Origin: Obrimoposthia wandeli
Taxonomy: Eukaryota
NCBI GenBank assembly: GCA_977020255.1
Contig: CDROCS010000506.1
Location: 2,914,001-2,978,000, forward strand
DNA length: 64,000 nucleotides
Direction: 5' to 3'
Position 1 is the first letter of the stretch. Each line of letters starts with the position of its first letter. This document shows positions 21,097 through 29,883 of this stretch, piece after piece. The notes beneath the pieces were generated by a model, which saw only the letters and a program-made list of their open reading frames with translations, was not told where the DNA came from and ran no database searches. A program made the position numbers and the translations under genes.

Positions 21097-22218
21097 ATGG
21101 AAGCCTGCGTATTATTTGATGAATTAGCCACGGATGATGGTCATGTCATTGGCATTATCACCCTTAACAAACCGCGTCAGTTACATGCATTAAGTGCAGA
21201 GATGTTTCCATTATTACATCAACAACTACTCGCTTGGCAGTCTGACTCTCGGATCGTTAGTGTGCTGCTGACAAGTACTGGCGATAGAGCATTCTGCGCT
21301 GGTGGGGATGTAAAATCATTACAACAAGCGTTAGTGAATACCGATGGTAATGAAGCGAAAAAACAGCTCGTGAGTGAGTATTTTGTTGCCGAGTATCAAG
21401 TTGATTATTTATTACATAACTTTGGTAAACCGCTGATAGTTTGGGGTGACGGTATTATTATGGGCGGCGGGTTAGGGTTGTTCATGGGCGCTAGTCATCG
21501 CGTTGTCACCGAAACTGCGCGCATTGCAATGCCAGAGATCACCATAGGTTTATTCCCTGATGTTGGCGCGACGTGGTTTTTAAATCGCTTACCGCATCCA
21601 GGTGTGGGGCTATTTTTAGGCTTAACAGGCGCAAGCATTAACGCTAACGACGCTAAATACCTTGGTTTGAGTGAATATTTAATCCCTGCAGCAAAATATG
21701 CAGATGTGGTTAAAGCATTAACCAGCCTTGATTGGCAAGGTGATACAGAGTTACACGATAGCCAAGTTGATCAGTTATTAATGGCGCAATATGCCGATGC
21801 CGACTTTGCTACAGGTAATTTAGTTAAGCACCAAACCTTGTTTACCCAGTTGAGTGGCTATAATGAGTTGGCTGATGTAATGAGGTGTATTCAAACGCAG
21901 GACAGTGAGGATACTTGGCTACAAACCAGTATTAAAAAACTGTTGTTAGGTAGCCCAATATCGGCGCACATCTTATATAGACAAGTAAACGAGTATACTG
22001 AGTTATCTCTGGCAGCTTGTTTTCAGTTGGAATTAGATTTGGCTGTGAACGTTTGCCTCAATGCCGATTTGGTCGAAGGGGTGAGGGCATTATTGGTCGA
22101 TAAAGATAATCAACCACAGTGGTTATTTAAGGAAACCGATGCGGTGCCGATTAAGTTTGTTGATAATTTGTTCAGTTCGCCTTGGACAAGGGACTGCCAC
22201 CCACTGCGCCGCCTGTAA
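21097..22218 (+). CDS. Enoyl-CoA hydratase/isomerase family, 3-hydroxyisobutyryl-CoA hydrolase-like
   Basis: Motifs AFCAGGDV, GIIMGGGLGL, AMPEITIGLFPDVG, EGVRALLVDKD. Confidence 0.87.
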   Translation: MEACVLFDELATDDGHVIGIITLNKPRQLHALSAEMFPLLHQQLLAWQSDSRIVSVLLTSTGDRAFCAGGDVKSLQQALVNTDGNEAKKQLVSEYFVAEYQVDYLLHNFGKPLIVWGDGIIMGGGLGLFMGASHRVVTETARIAMPEITIGLFPDVGATWFLNRLPHPGVGLFLGLTGASINANDAKYLGLSEYLIPAAKYADVVKALTSLDWQGDTELHDSQVDQLLMAQYADADFATGNLVKHQTLFTQLSGYNELADVMRCIQTQDSEDTWLQTSIKKLLLGSPISAHILYRQVNEYTELSLAACFQLELDLAVNVCLNADLVEGVRALLVDKDNQPQWLFKETDAVPIKFVDNLFSSPWTRDCHPLRRL

Positions 22219-22437
22219 TTAACATCTAAATTACCGAATTATGTGACAGCTATTCCAAAGTGGGTAGTAAAGCTGTTTTCATTTTACAAAGCCATTTATT
22301 TTGTAGGGATAAAAGTTATAATTACCTCATAGTAGTTAGCTAGTTGGGTTGATTGAATTGGCTAGATGATTATTGCTTACAATGCATTTGCAAAGTGTAT
22401 TGCAGCAACAATTATTAATTTCTTTTGGAGATATATT

Positions 22438-23586
22438 ATGAGCACAGCATTCTTTATTCCTGCATATAATCTAATGGGCGCTGGTTGTTTAATTCAAGCA
22501 GCTGACGCGATCAAATCTCATGGTTTCAAAAAAGCATTAATCGTTACTGATAAAGTGATTAATAGCATCGGCATGGTAAAACAAGTACAAGATTTATTAA
22601 CTGCACGCGATGTTGAATCTGCGGTTTTTGATGGTACTCAGCCAAATCCTACCACAGCCAATGTTGCTAGTGGCCTGGAAATATTAAATGCCGAAGCGTG
22701 TGATTTTGTCATCTCATTAGGTGGCGGTTCACCGCATGATTGCGCGAAAGGTATTGCCTTAGTCGCTGCTAATGGCGGCCATATTGCCGATTACGAAGGC
22801 GTTGATCAATCAGCAAAAGCGCAGTTACCATTAGTGGCAATTAATACCACAGCGGGTACGGCTTCTGAAATGACACGTTTTTGTATTATTACTAATGAAA
22901 CGACGCATATCAAAATGGCGATCGTGGATAAAAATACCACACCGTTAATGTCAGTGAATGATCCAGAATTAATGTTAGCTAAGCCAGCGTCATTAACAGC
23001 TGCAACCGGTATGGATGCATTGACGCATGCGATTGAAGCGTATGTATCGATCGCAGCGACACCAATTACCGATGCGGTGGCAATTAAAGCGATGGAGCTG
23101 ATCCAAGCGCATTTACGCACAGCTGTTGAACATGGTGAAAATATCGAAGCGCGTGAACAAATGGCTTATGCACAATTCATGGCAGGTATGGCGTTTAACA
23201 ATGCGTCACTAGGTTATGTACACGCAATGGCGCATCAGCTAGGCGGTTTCTATGACTTGCCACACGGTGTATGTAATGCGGTATTACTACCGTTTGTACA
23301 AGCTTATAACGCACAAGTGTGTCCAGCACGTCTACGTGATGTTGCTAAAGCGATGGGTGTTGATGTAACAGAAATGACACCAGAGCAAGGCGCTGAAGCG
23401 GCGATTGCATCAATTAAAGAATTAGCGTTAGCGGTTGGTATTCCAACAGGGCTTACAAGCTTAAACGTAAAAGTTGAAGATATTCCTGAATTAGCGAAAA
23501 ACGCATTGAATGATGCTTGTGGTTTTACTAATCCAAAACAAGCAACACATGAAGAAATTTGCGCTATCTTTAATGCAGCGATGTAG
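22438..23586 (+). CDS. yiaY: Iron-containing alcohol dehydrogenase (YiaY-like)
   Basis: Motifs [48 protein letters not shown] before ATG 22438. Confidence 0.88.
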   Translation: MSTAFFIPAYNLMGAGCLIQAADAIKSHGFKKALIVTDKVINSIGMVKQVQDLLTARDVESAVFDGTQPNPTTANVASGLEILNAEACDFVISLGGGSPHDCAKGIALVAANGGHIADYEGVDQSAKAQLPLVAINTTAGTASEMTRFCIITNETTHIKMAIVDKNTTPLMSVNDPELMLAKPASLTAATGMDALTHAIEAYVSIAATPITDAVAIKAMELIQAHLRTAVEHGENIEAREQMAYAQFMAGMAFNNASLGYVHAMAHQLGGFYDLPHGVCNAVLLPFVQAYNAQVCPARLRDVAKAMGVDVTEMTPEQGAEAAIASIKELALAVGIPTGLTSLNVKVEDIPELAKNALNDACGFTNPKQATHEEICAIFNAAM

Positions 23587-23648
23587 GTTGCGAAAGAATT
23601 AACGATTAATGAATAATGAGTAAAGAACTCCAGTAAGGTAATGTAATT

Positions 23649-23683
23649 AAGCCCAGATCGCGTTTCGATATCTGGGCTTTTTT
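23649..23683. terminator. Terminator between yiaY and the convergent regulator gene
   Basis: AAGCCCAGAT ... ATCTGGGCTTTTTT. Confidence 0.8.
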
Positions 23684-23727
23684 ACATCTCGCTTTTTTCA
23701 TCGTTGCTAATGCTGTAAGCGCTGCTA

Positions 23728-24642
23728 CTAGCTGGCACTCCAAACTTGTTGGCCAGTACGGCTGAAGTTATAACCTCCAAGTTGGTCGCCTTTAGCTTGG
23801 ATCTCCATTGACGATAACGCCTGCAGTAATTGCTGCTGCAAAGTGCGGAAGTAAATATTCTTCGGGATCACCAGTTCAAATGCTTCAGTGCTTAATGGAA
23901 TGAAGCCCAAGCCAAATTCACCCGCTGTACTTTGACTGGCACAACCAACGTCTGCTTCACCACGGGCAATGCAAGAAGCTAATTCACGTTCGCTATGACA
24001 GGTTTCTGCAGCGGTAAGCATATCGACTGTGTAAGCATGATTATGTAACCATTCTCCCAGAGCTCGCATACTGCCAGCACCTTCTTGACGAAGTGCCCAA
24101 CGCCAACGAGAGGTGAGTAATTCAGTTAAGTTTAACGATCGAGAATTAACTAAATCAGCGAGTTCTTTACTCACGACTAAGCCTTGTTGACGTTCAAAGG
24201 CATGGATCAGCACCCAGTTTTTATGTCCTGGATATTGCTGCAATAAAGCCGGATGACGCAAGGCTGCTTCTTCCGCATGACCCCAATGGATCGCGCATAT
24301 ATCCACATGGCCTTTACTGAGCATGGCTAAACCTTGGCGCGTACCTGTTGAGGTATAACCAACCAATGCTGTGCTGCCCAGTTTCTGCGCCATCTTGCCG
24401 ACGACCAACTGTAACAGTGGATCATCGGAACCTGCGATAAGTAAGCGGTCGTTAAGCACGCCGTTATGACAAGACTCCAGTAACCATTTATCTAACATAG
24501 CTTTGGGAAATAACCATTTACCCGTTACTTTTGTCGCAGGCAAGTGACCATCATTCGCCAAGGTGTAGACCTTTTTTTCATTCAGGTCTAAATATTCCGC
24601 GACTTGCTTTACGTTCATGAACGCGGGGGTATTTTCGCTCAT
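23728..24642 (-). CDS. Excisionase/MerR-like HTH fused to a molybdate/tungstate periplasmic-binding-protein-like domain (TaoR-like regulator)
   Basis: N-terminal MNVKQVAEYLDLNEKKVY...KVTGKWLFP HTH. C-terminal AGSDDP, STGTRQGL, RQEGAGS, GEADVG PBP-like motifs. 4-bp overlap with fdhD. Confidence 0.75.
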   Translation of the reverse strand: MSENTPAFMNVKQVAEYLDLNEKKVYTLANDGHLPATKVTGKWLFPKAMLDKWLLESCHNGVLNDRLLIAGSDDPLLQLVVGKMAQKLGSTALVGYTSTGTRQGLAMLSKGHVDICAIHWGHAEEAALRHPALLQQYPGHKNWVLIHAFERQQGLVVSKELADLVNSRSLNLTELLTSRWRWALRQEGAGSMRALGEWLHNHAYTVDMLTAAETCHSERELASCIARGEADVGCASQSTAGEFGLGFIPLSTEAFELVIPKNIYFRTLQQQLLQALSSMEIQAKGDQLGGYNFSRTGQQVWSAS

Positions 24643-25499
24643 GCAGTCTTACCGACAACAGCTTGTACTTCTGCGTCTGGACCTTTTACATCTAAGATCA
24701 AGTTCGCCATACCGTTATACACTTGGAAGCGATTACCTTTAGCACGCGCGACCATAGTAATGCCTAATTTTTTCGCTAAATCGTAGCCCATTTGCGTTGC
24801 ACCAGAGCGCGATAGCAATACTGGAATACCCATTTGCGCGACTTTAATCACCATCTCTGACGTGAGGCGACCAGTCGTATAAAAGATCTTGTCTTCACCC
24901 GTTTGGCCTTTTAACCACATTTCCCCAGCCAAAGTATCAACGGCGTTATGGCGACCTACATCTTCGACAAATGACAAGATCTCGGTGTCTTTACATACCG
25001 CACAGCCATGTACAGCACCAGCGGCTTTATACGTTGCGTTGTGATGCGTTAATGCTTCTAACAAGCCATACAATTTTGATTGGCGTAATTTAGGTTGTGG
25101 CAGTGTTATGCCTTCTAATTTTTTCATCACGTTACCGAACATAGTGCCTTGGCCACAGCCTGAGGTAACGGTTTTCTTGGTTAATTTCTCTGCTAATCCA
25201 TCGGTACTTTCACGCGTGATCACGGCTGCTGAATTGGTATCCCAATCAATAATCACAGATTCAATAGCGGTAATGTCTTCAATAAAGCCTTGGTTTTTTA
25301 AATAACCTAATACCAGATCTGAAGGGCGTGCGCCGAGTGTCATCACTGTCACGATTTCCACCCAATTTAAGTAGATCGTGAGCGGGTGCTCGCAGGCGAT
25401 CTCTTTGGTCATGGTATCGCCATATTCATCCATGATGTCAACTGTCATGGTGTGTTCAACTGAAGAATTGGTTCTAATTATTTTTGGTAATTGCGGCAT
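24639..25499 (-). CDS. fdhD: Formate dehydrogenase accessory sulfurtransferase
   Basis: Motifs TSGCGQG, GAVHGCA, EDVGRHNAVD, TTGRLTSEMV. Likely start ATG 25499. Confidence 0.93.
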   Translation of the reverse strand: MPQLPKIIRTNSSVEHTMTVDIMDEYGDTMTKEIACEHPLTIYLNWVEIVTVMTLGARPSDLVLGYLKNQGFIEDITAIESVIIDWDTNSAAVITRESTDGLAEKLTKKTVTSGCGQGTMFGNVMKKLEGITLPQPKLRQSKLYGLLEALTHHNATYKAAGAVHGCAVCKDTEILSFVEDVGRHNAVDTLAGEMWLKGQTGEDKIFYTTGRLTSEMVIKVAQMGIPVLLSRSGATQMGYDLAKKLGITMVARAKGNRFQVYNGMANLILDVKGPDAEVQAVVGKTA

Positions 25500-25538
25500 C
25501 CGAAATTCCTGCTGGTTTATATATCTATGAAGAGGTAA

Positions 25539-25555
25539 AGCAAAGTTCATTCCAA
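25539..25555 (-). promoter_or_regulatory. sigma54-type -24/-12 element for fdhD and the regulator
   Basis: Minus strand TTGGAATGAACTTTGCT: GG-N10-GC with a perfect TTGCT but a non-canonical -24 flank. Confidence 0.5.
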
Positions 25556-25616
25556 CTTACACTTAAGCGTCGAAGTAACTTGGCTATTACTCGTTTATTT
25601 GTCATTTCTTTCTAAC

Positions 25617-25633
25617 TTGGTCTAAATTTTGCT
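25617..25633 (+). promoter_or_regulatory. sigma54-type -24/-12 element for DUF3305-DUF3306
   Basis: TTGGTCTAAATTTTGCT: GG-N10-GC. Confidence 0.5.
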
Positions 25634-25695
25634 GAGTAGGGGAAGATTAGGTAAAAAATTCTAAATAATTATAAAAATAGAATAAAGGAGCATGT

Positions 25696-26262
25696 GTGCA
25701 ACTACGTGATGAAGATAAACCTCTAAATAAAGGTGATGAAGATAAGCACCTAAATAAGGGTGATGAACATAAGCGCTTAGCGAAAGACGAATCAAGCTGG
25801 CCAATCGCCTTCGGTCTTCGTTCTGAAGAAAAACAAGTTGGGCGTTGGACTACTTTGTCTTGGTCTATCGAGAATGTCGAATTATATGAGCAAGCAGCTG
25901 CGATAAATGATGATGAGGTTAGTACTACACCCTCTAATAACGTTGTTAATACGACTCGCTATGAAAGAACACTGTACTTATACCGCGATGAACGGACTGA
26001 TTACCGTTTTAACCTCAGCTCACAAGACCCTCATCTATTTATTGTTTGTGAAGTGACTGACGAGCAGTTTACGCCATTACTGATCACCGCTGCGCAAAGT
26101 GTTGCGAGCAGTTATATGGATGGTGACTATCAAGTGTTGCACATTCAAATGCCATTACCAGTGCAAGCTTGGATGGAAGCATTCATCGGTAGAAACGGCG
26201 AACTGATTGAATTTAAAAAGAAACGTTGTAAAGACAAGAAAGGGCGTTCAAGTGGCCAGTAA
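25696..26262 (+). CDS. DUF3305-family protein (FDH-associated)
   Basis: LYRDERTDYRFNL, PHLFIVC and position in the fdh cluster. GTG start after AAGGAG. Confidence 0.8.
   Translation: MQLRDEDKPLNKGDEDKHLNKGDEHKRLAKDESSWPIAFGLRSEEKQVGRWTTLSWSIENVELYEQAAAINDDEVSTTPSNNVVNTTRYERTLYLYRDERTDYRFNLSSQDPHLFIVCEVTDEQFTPLLITAAQSVASSYMDGDYQVLHIQMPLPVQAWMEAFIGRNGELIEFKKKRCKDKKGRSSGQ
25708..25788 (+). repeat. 27-bp in-frame tandem repeat x3 (DEDKPLNKG / DEDKHLNKG / DEHKRLAKD)
   Basis: Units gatgaagataaacctctaaataaaggt, gatgaagataagcacctaaataagggt, gatgaacataagcgcttagcgaaagac. Confidence 0.9.
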
Positions 26263-27016
26263 CTTTTTTCAACGTTGGTCAGATCGCTCATTAGCGGCAA
26301 AAGACCATACAGAAACTGATTTAGTCGTCACTAAAGACGCTGTTGTCGAAACTGAGAATCAGGGCTCAGAGCTAACATTAAAGCGCGATGCAGAGCTGGA
26401 TATTGAGCATGTTTCAGAGCCACACGCTGAATCGGCAGCGGATCTAGCGCTATCGACGCCATCGACAGATGTTACTGATGAGCAGGTCGAAGTTGAACTC
26501 ACTATTGATGATGCCGATAAGGTCACCTTTGATAGTGGTGTTGCTTCATTTCTACAGCATGGCGTTGATAAATCAGTAAAAAAAGCAGCGTTGGCGAAAT
26601 TATTTCATGCTGATGAATTTAACTATATCAGTACTATGGATGATCACACCGAGGATTTTTCTAATATTCCTAAGCTTGATGAGAGCATCGCGAAACAGTT
26701 GCGTGGTTGGGTTAAAACAGTATTGGAAGAACCTGAAGCTGAATTGGTTGAAGACACTGAGCTAGTTGAAGAAGATGAGGTATTAGCCGCTACTGAAACT
26801 GATCCGGAAACTGAATCTGGAGCAATTGCAGCCCCCAATACCGCTATAGATGATGAAGCTGTTCAAGCTATCACGGCTGATAATAGTTCGGCGTCCTGTT
26901 GTGATAAAAATTGTTGTGGTGAAAAGAGCTGTGATGAAAATAGTTGTAGTGAAAAAAATGGTGAAGAACAAAAAAACCAGCATCAGCAACACCTTCAACA
27001 GGCGGGTGAGACATAA
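26252..27016 (+). CDS. DUF3306-family acidic protein (FDH-associated)
   Basis: NFFQRWS, ALAKLF, DDHTEDF. GTG start overlaps the DUF3305 stop. Confidence 0.8.
   Translation: MASNFFQRWSDRSLAAKDHTETDLVVTKDAVVETENQGSELTLKRDAELDIEHVSEPHAESAADLALSTPSTDVTDEQVEVELTIDDADKVTFDSGVASFLQHGVDKSVKKAALAKLFHADEFNYISTMDDHTEDFSNIPKLDESIAKQLRGWVKTVLEEPEAELVEDTELVEEDEVLAATETDPETESGAIAAPNTAIDDEAVQAITADNSSASCCDKNCCGEKSCDENSCSEKNGEEQKNQHQQHLQQAGET
26897..26971 (+). repeat. 15-bp in-frame degenerate repeat x5 encoding a Cys-rich tail (CCDKN CCGEK SCDEN SCSEK NGEEQ)
   Basis: Units tgttgtgataaaaat, tgttgtggtgaaaag, agctgtgatgaaaat, agttgtagtgaaaaa, aatggtgaagaacaa. Confidence 0.85.
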
Positions 27017-27041
27017 AGGGACAAATAACCCTAATTTTAAT

Positions 27042-27090
27042 CGGGACATTTTGTTCCATGCACGATTGTTTATAGCGACATTATGTCCCG
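27042..27090. promoter_or_regulatory. Pair of candidate sigma54-activator binding sites
   Basis: CGGGACA-TTT-TGTTCCA (27042-27058) and AGCGACA-TTA-TGTCCCG (27074-27090), centres 32 bp apart, 110 and 78 bp upstream of the -24 GG. Confidence 0.65.
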
Positions 27091-27157
27091 TTTAGGAATA
27101 AGTAAACAATCCCTCTCTGACTTTAACTCTTTATAGGTCATTTTATTCCGTTAAAAG

Positions 27158-27174
27158 TTGGTTCGGTTATTGCT
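27158..27174 (+). promoter_or_regulatory. sigma54 promoter of the ferredoxin-chaperone-fdhABC operon
   Basis: TTGGTTCGGTTATTGCT: GG-N10-GC, with upstream palindromes. Confidence 0.65.
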
Positions 27175-27302
27175 CTATTAGCTACAGCAAAATAGCGACA
27201 GCAAAAAAGTACGAATATGAACGTACGCTAGCAGAGAGCAGCGAGTAATGACTCGCAGTTTAATCGACACCCTTATAACGGTGACGAGATACAGGAATAG
27301 CA

Positions 27303-29021
27303 ATGTTAAAAAGTACTTTAGAAACATTTACTGATCGCAACGGTCAAGCACGCTTTGCGGCGATAGCCGATACCGTTGAATTATCTAATCTGATCCCGCC
27401 GACGGTATCTTACGAAAGTCGTGGCAACTTATTGATCATTGGTGCTTACGATATTATCACTGCACTAGCACCGCAATTTGCAACATTGAATTCAGTAACA
27501 CTGCTGGCGACGTCTGCTGCAACAGATGCCGCGTCAGCGACGAACGATAGCAATACCAAAGATAAAGTATTTTTTAGTAATGAAGTAACAATTAAAGGTT
27601 ACCTAGGTGCGTTCGAAGTGAACTGCCGTGTAGCGGGTAGCTTACTGAGTATCTATACCAATTTAGCGGAAGTGACCATTGGTGGTGATAGTTTCGATTT
27701 AGTCGTTGATATGAGCGCGGATAGCCTTATTCAAACCGAAATACCAGCGCCAGGTTATTACCCTGTTGGTAGCGGTAAAGCAGCGATTGCCGATGTTATT
27801 GAAACCTTACCGGAAATGCTCGGTACGTTTGATAAACCAAAATATTTTCGTTTAGACAATGATATTTGTGCGCATTCATCACGTGGCGTGGGTGGTTGTA
27901 CACGTTGTGTTGATGCTTGTCCTGCAGGTGCGTTAACCAGTAATGGCCACGCTATCGAAATTAATCCGTTCTTATGCCAAGGCGTAGGGACGTGTGCCAC
28001 AGCTTGTCCGACTGAAGCGATTACTTACGCATTACCAGAACCAGAAAAGACCCAGAACTTTATTTATCGTTTATTAAACAGTTATCAAATGGCGGGTGGC
28101 GAAAAGCCAACGATCTTATTCTTTGGTAATCGTGACGAACAAACGGTAGCAGAAAAATTACCGTTATTACCATCAAATGTTATTCCTATTGCTTTAGAAG
28201 AGTTGGCTACGGTTGGTGTTGATACTTGGTTTAGCGCCTTACTCTATGGTGCGCATCAAGTATTACTGGCTACTAACATCGCCTATATTCCAGCGACGAT
28301 TGATCGCGTGCTTAATGATGAACTGGCCATTGCCAATACCTTCTTAACTGAGATGGGTTTTGAAGCTGGGCGTATTTGTTTGTTTGATTTAGATTCGGCA
28401 GCAGACTTTGTCGCGTTTACTCAACCGGTATTACCTGTTGTTGAGAATAAGATCGCGGTAATGGATAACGCAGTATTAGCAGAGCAACTGTCTGGCACTA
28501 AACGTGAAAAATTATTTACTGCGCTAGATAAATTATCAGCACAAAGTCCACTGCAACCGACACATTCGGTGATGCCTGAAAATGCACCTTATGGCAGCGT
28601 GGAATGTAAAACTGATGATTGTACCTTGTGTATGGGTTGCGTTGCAGTGTGTCCAACAAGTGCATTACATGCTGTTGGTGATCGCCCTGGTCTACAGTTT
28701 AGAGAACAAGATTGTGTGCAGTGTGGTCTTTGTGAAAAAGCCTGTCCTGAACAAGTAATTAGTCTTAAACCGGGTCTGAATTGGGACGCGGAAAGCCGTC
28801 GAAGTGTGGTGATGATCCACGAAGAAGAGGCGGCTTGTTGTTTAAGTTGTGGTAAAGCGTTTGCACCTGCATCGATGATTGCCATGTTAACGGAAAAACT
28901 CCAAGGTCACAGTCAATTTCAAGGTGATGCTATTCGCCGTTTATCTATGTGTGAAGACTGTCGTGTTCGCGATATTTTTTCAGATATGGCTGACGATCCA
29001 CTACGTCAGTTAAACGTGTAG
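27303..29021 (+). CDS. Polyferredoxin / 4Fe-4S cluster-binding protein of FDH clusters
   Basis: Motifs CTRCVDACP, CQGVGTCATACP, CTLCMGCVAVCP, CVQCGLCEKACP, CLSC, CEDC. Confidence 0.9.
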   Translation: MLKSTLETFTDRNGQARFAAIADTVELSNLIPPTVSYESRGNLLIIGAYDIITALAPQFATLNSVTLLATSAATDAASATNDSNTKDKVFFSNEVTIKGYLGAFEVNCRVAGSLLSIYTNLAEVTIGGDSFDLVVDMSADSLIQTEIPAPGYYPVGSGKAAIADVIETLPEMLGTFDKPKYFRLDNDICAHSSRGVGGCTRCVDACPAGALTSNGHAIEINPFLCQGVGTCATACPTEAITYALPEPEKTQNFIYRLLNSYQMAGGEKPTILFFGNRDEQTVAEKLPLLPSNVIPIALEELATVGVDTWFSALLYGAHQVLLATNIAYIPATIDRVLNDELAIANTFLTEMGFEAGRICLFDLDSAADFVAFTQPVLPVVENKIAVMDNAVLAEQLSGTKREKLFTALDKLSAQSPLQPTHSVMPENAPYGSVECKTDDCTLCMGCVAVCPTSALHAVGDRPGLQFREQDCVQCGLCEKACPEQVISLKPGLNWDAESRRSVVMIHEEEAACCLSCGKAFAPASMIAMLTEKLQGHSQFQGDAIRRLSMCEDCRVRDIFSDMADDPLRQLNV

Positions 29022-29030
29022 GGCTACATT

Positions 29031-29645
29031 ATGGGATCACAAAATATGTCACAGTCATTTACTGAAGATGCAGCATTGCGCATCGATATTTACAGCTTAC
29101 TTGCACACTTATTACGTAAAGCACCGGATGCAGAGGTGATTGATTGGTTAGCCAATCTCGACGTTGATGCGCCGAATGCATTAATTCAAACCACGGGTAT
29201 GTCAGCTGCTTGGCCACTATTGAAGTTGGCCGCACAAAAAACCTTATTAACAGCCGCGGAAGATGAATATCAAGATCTGTTTATTGGTATAGGCCATGGT
29301 GAAATAGTCCCGTTTGGTTCTTGGTTTCTTACTGGATCATTAATGGAAATGCCGCTTGCACATTTACGTCATGATTTGAAAAAACTGGGTTTTCAACGTG
29401 ATGAATCAGTAAAAGAACCGGAAGATCATATCGCCGCCTTGTTAGAAGTGATGACCATGTTGGTGAGCGAAAGTAATCATCGCGATCAAGCTGAGTTTTT
29501 TAATCGTCATATCGACACTTGGTTTGAACGTTTTTGCCAAGATTTGAAAAAAGCGAAAAGTGCCGTGTTTTACAGCGCAGTCGCCGAATTAGCTTGGCAA
29601 TTTTTAAGTATTGAAAAAATACGTTTTATCGACGTAAAAAAATAA
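29031..29645 (+). CDS. TorD/DmsD-family molybdo/tungstoenzyme chaperone
   Basis: PFGSWF and KEPEDHIAALLE motifs, located next to fdhA. Confidence 0.88.
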   Translation: MGSQNMSQSFTEDAALRIDIYSLLAHLLRKAPDAEVIDWLANLDVDAPNALIQTTGMSAAWPLLKLAAQKTLLTAAEDEYQDLFIGIGHGEIVPFGSWFLTGSLMEMPLAHLRHDLKKLGFQRDESVKEPEDHIAALLEVMTMLVSESNHRDQAEFFNRHIDTWFERFCQDLKKAKSAVFYSAVAELAWQFLSIEKIRFIDVKK

Positions 29646-29667
29646 TAACGATAAAGGAGCAAACTCG

Positions 29668-29871
29668 ATGAGCAAACAAAATAAGCCGGATGAAGACCGT
29701 CGCCAACTGTTAAAAAACATTGGTTTAGGTGTTGCAGTAGGCGCTATCGCAACGGGTGTATCCACCACTGCGAATGCGTCTGTTGATAGCCAAGAAAAGA
29801 ATGATAAACAACAAAAAACAACAGGTTACCATGAAACTCAACACATTCGTGACTATTACGATACTTTGTAA
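29668..29871 (+). CDS. Small Tat-motif protein preceding fdhA
   Basis: DRRQLLK twin-arginine motif, hydrophobic stretch, C-terminal GYHETQHIRDYY. AAGGAG RBS. Confidence 0.82.
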   Translation: MSKQNKPDEDRRQLLKNIGLGVAVGAIATGVSTTANASVDSQEKNDKQQKTTGYHETQHIRDYYDTL

Positions 29872-29883
29872 GCGGAGCTCTAA

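Noticed and set aside
22358-22377. Possible sigma54 promoter before yiaY (TTGGCTAGATGATTATTGCT)
   Set aside because: The GG-to-GC spacing is 13 bp, not the required 10.
23728-24642. Excisionase-like domain as a sign of a prophage or ICE
   Set aside because: It is the DNA-binding part of a fused regulator. No integrase, att repeats or phage genes are nearby.
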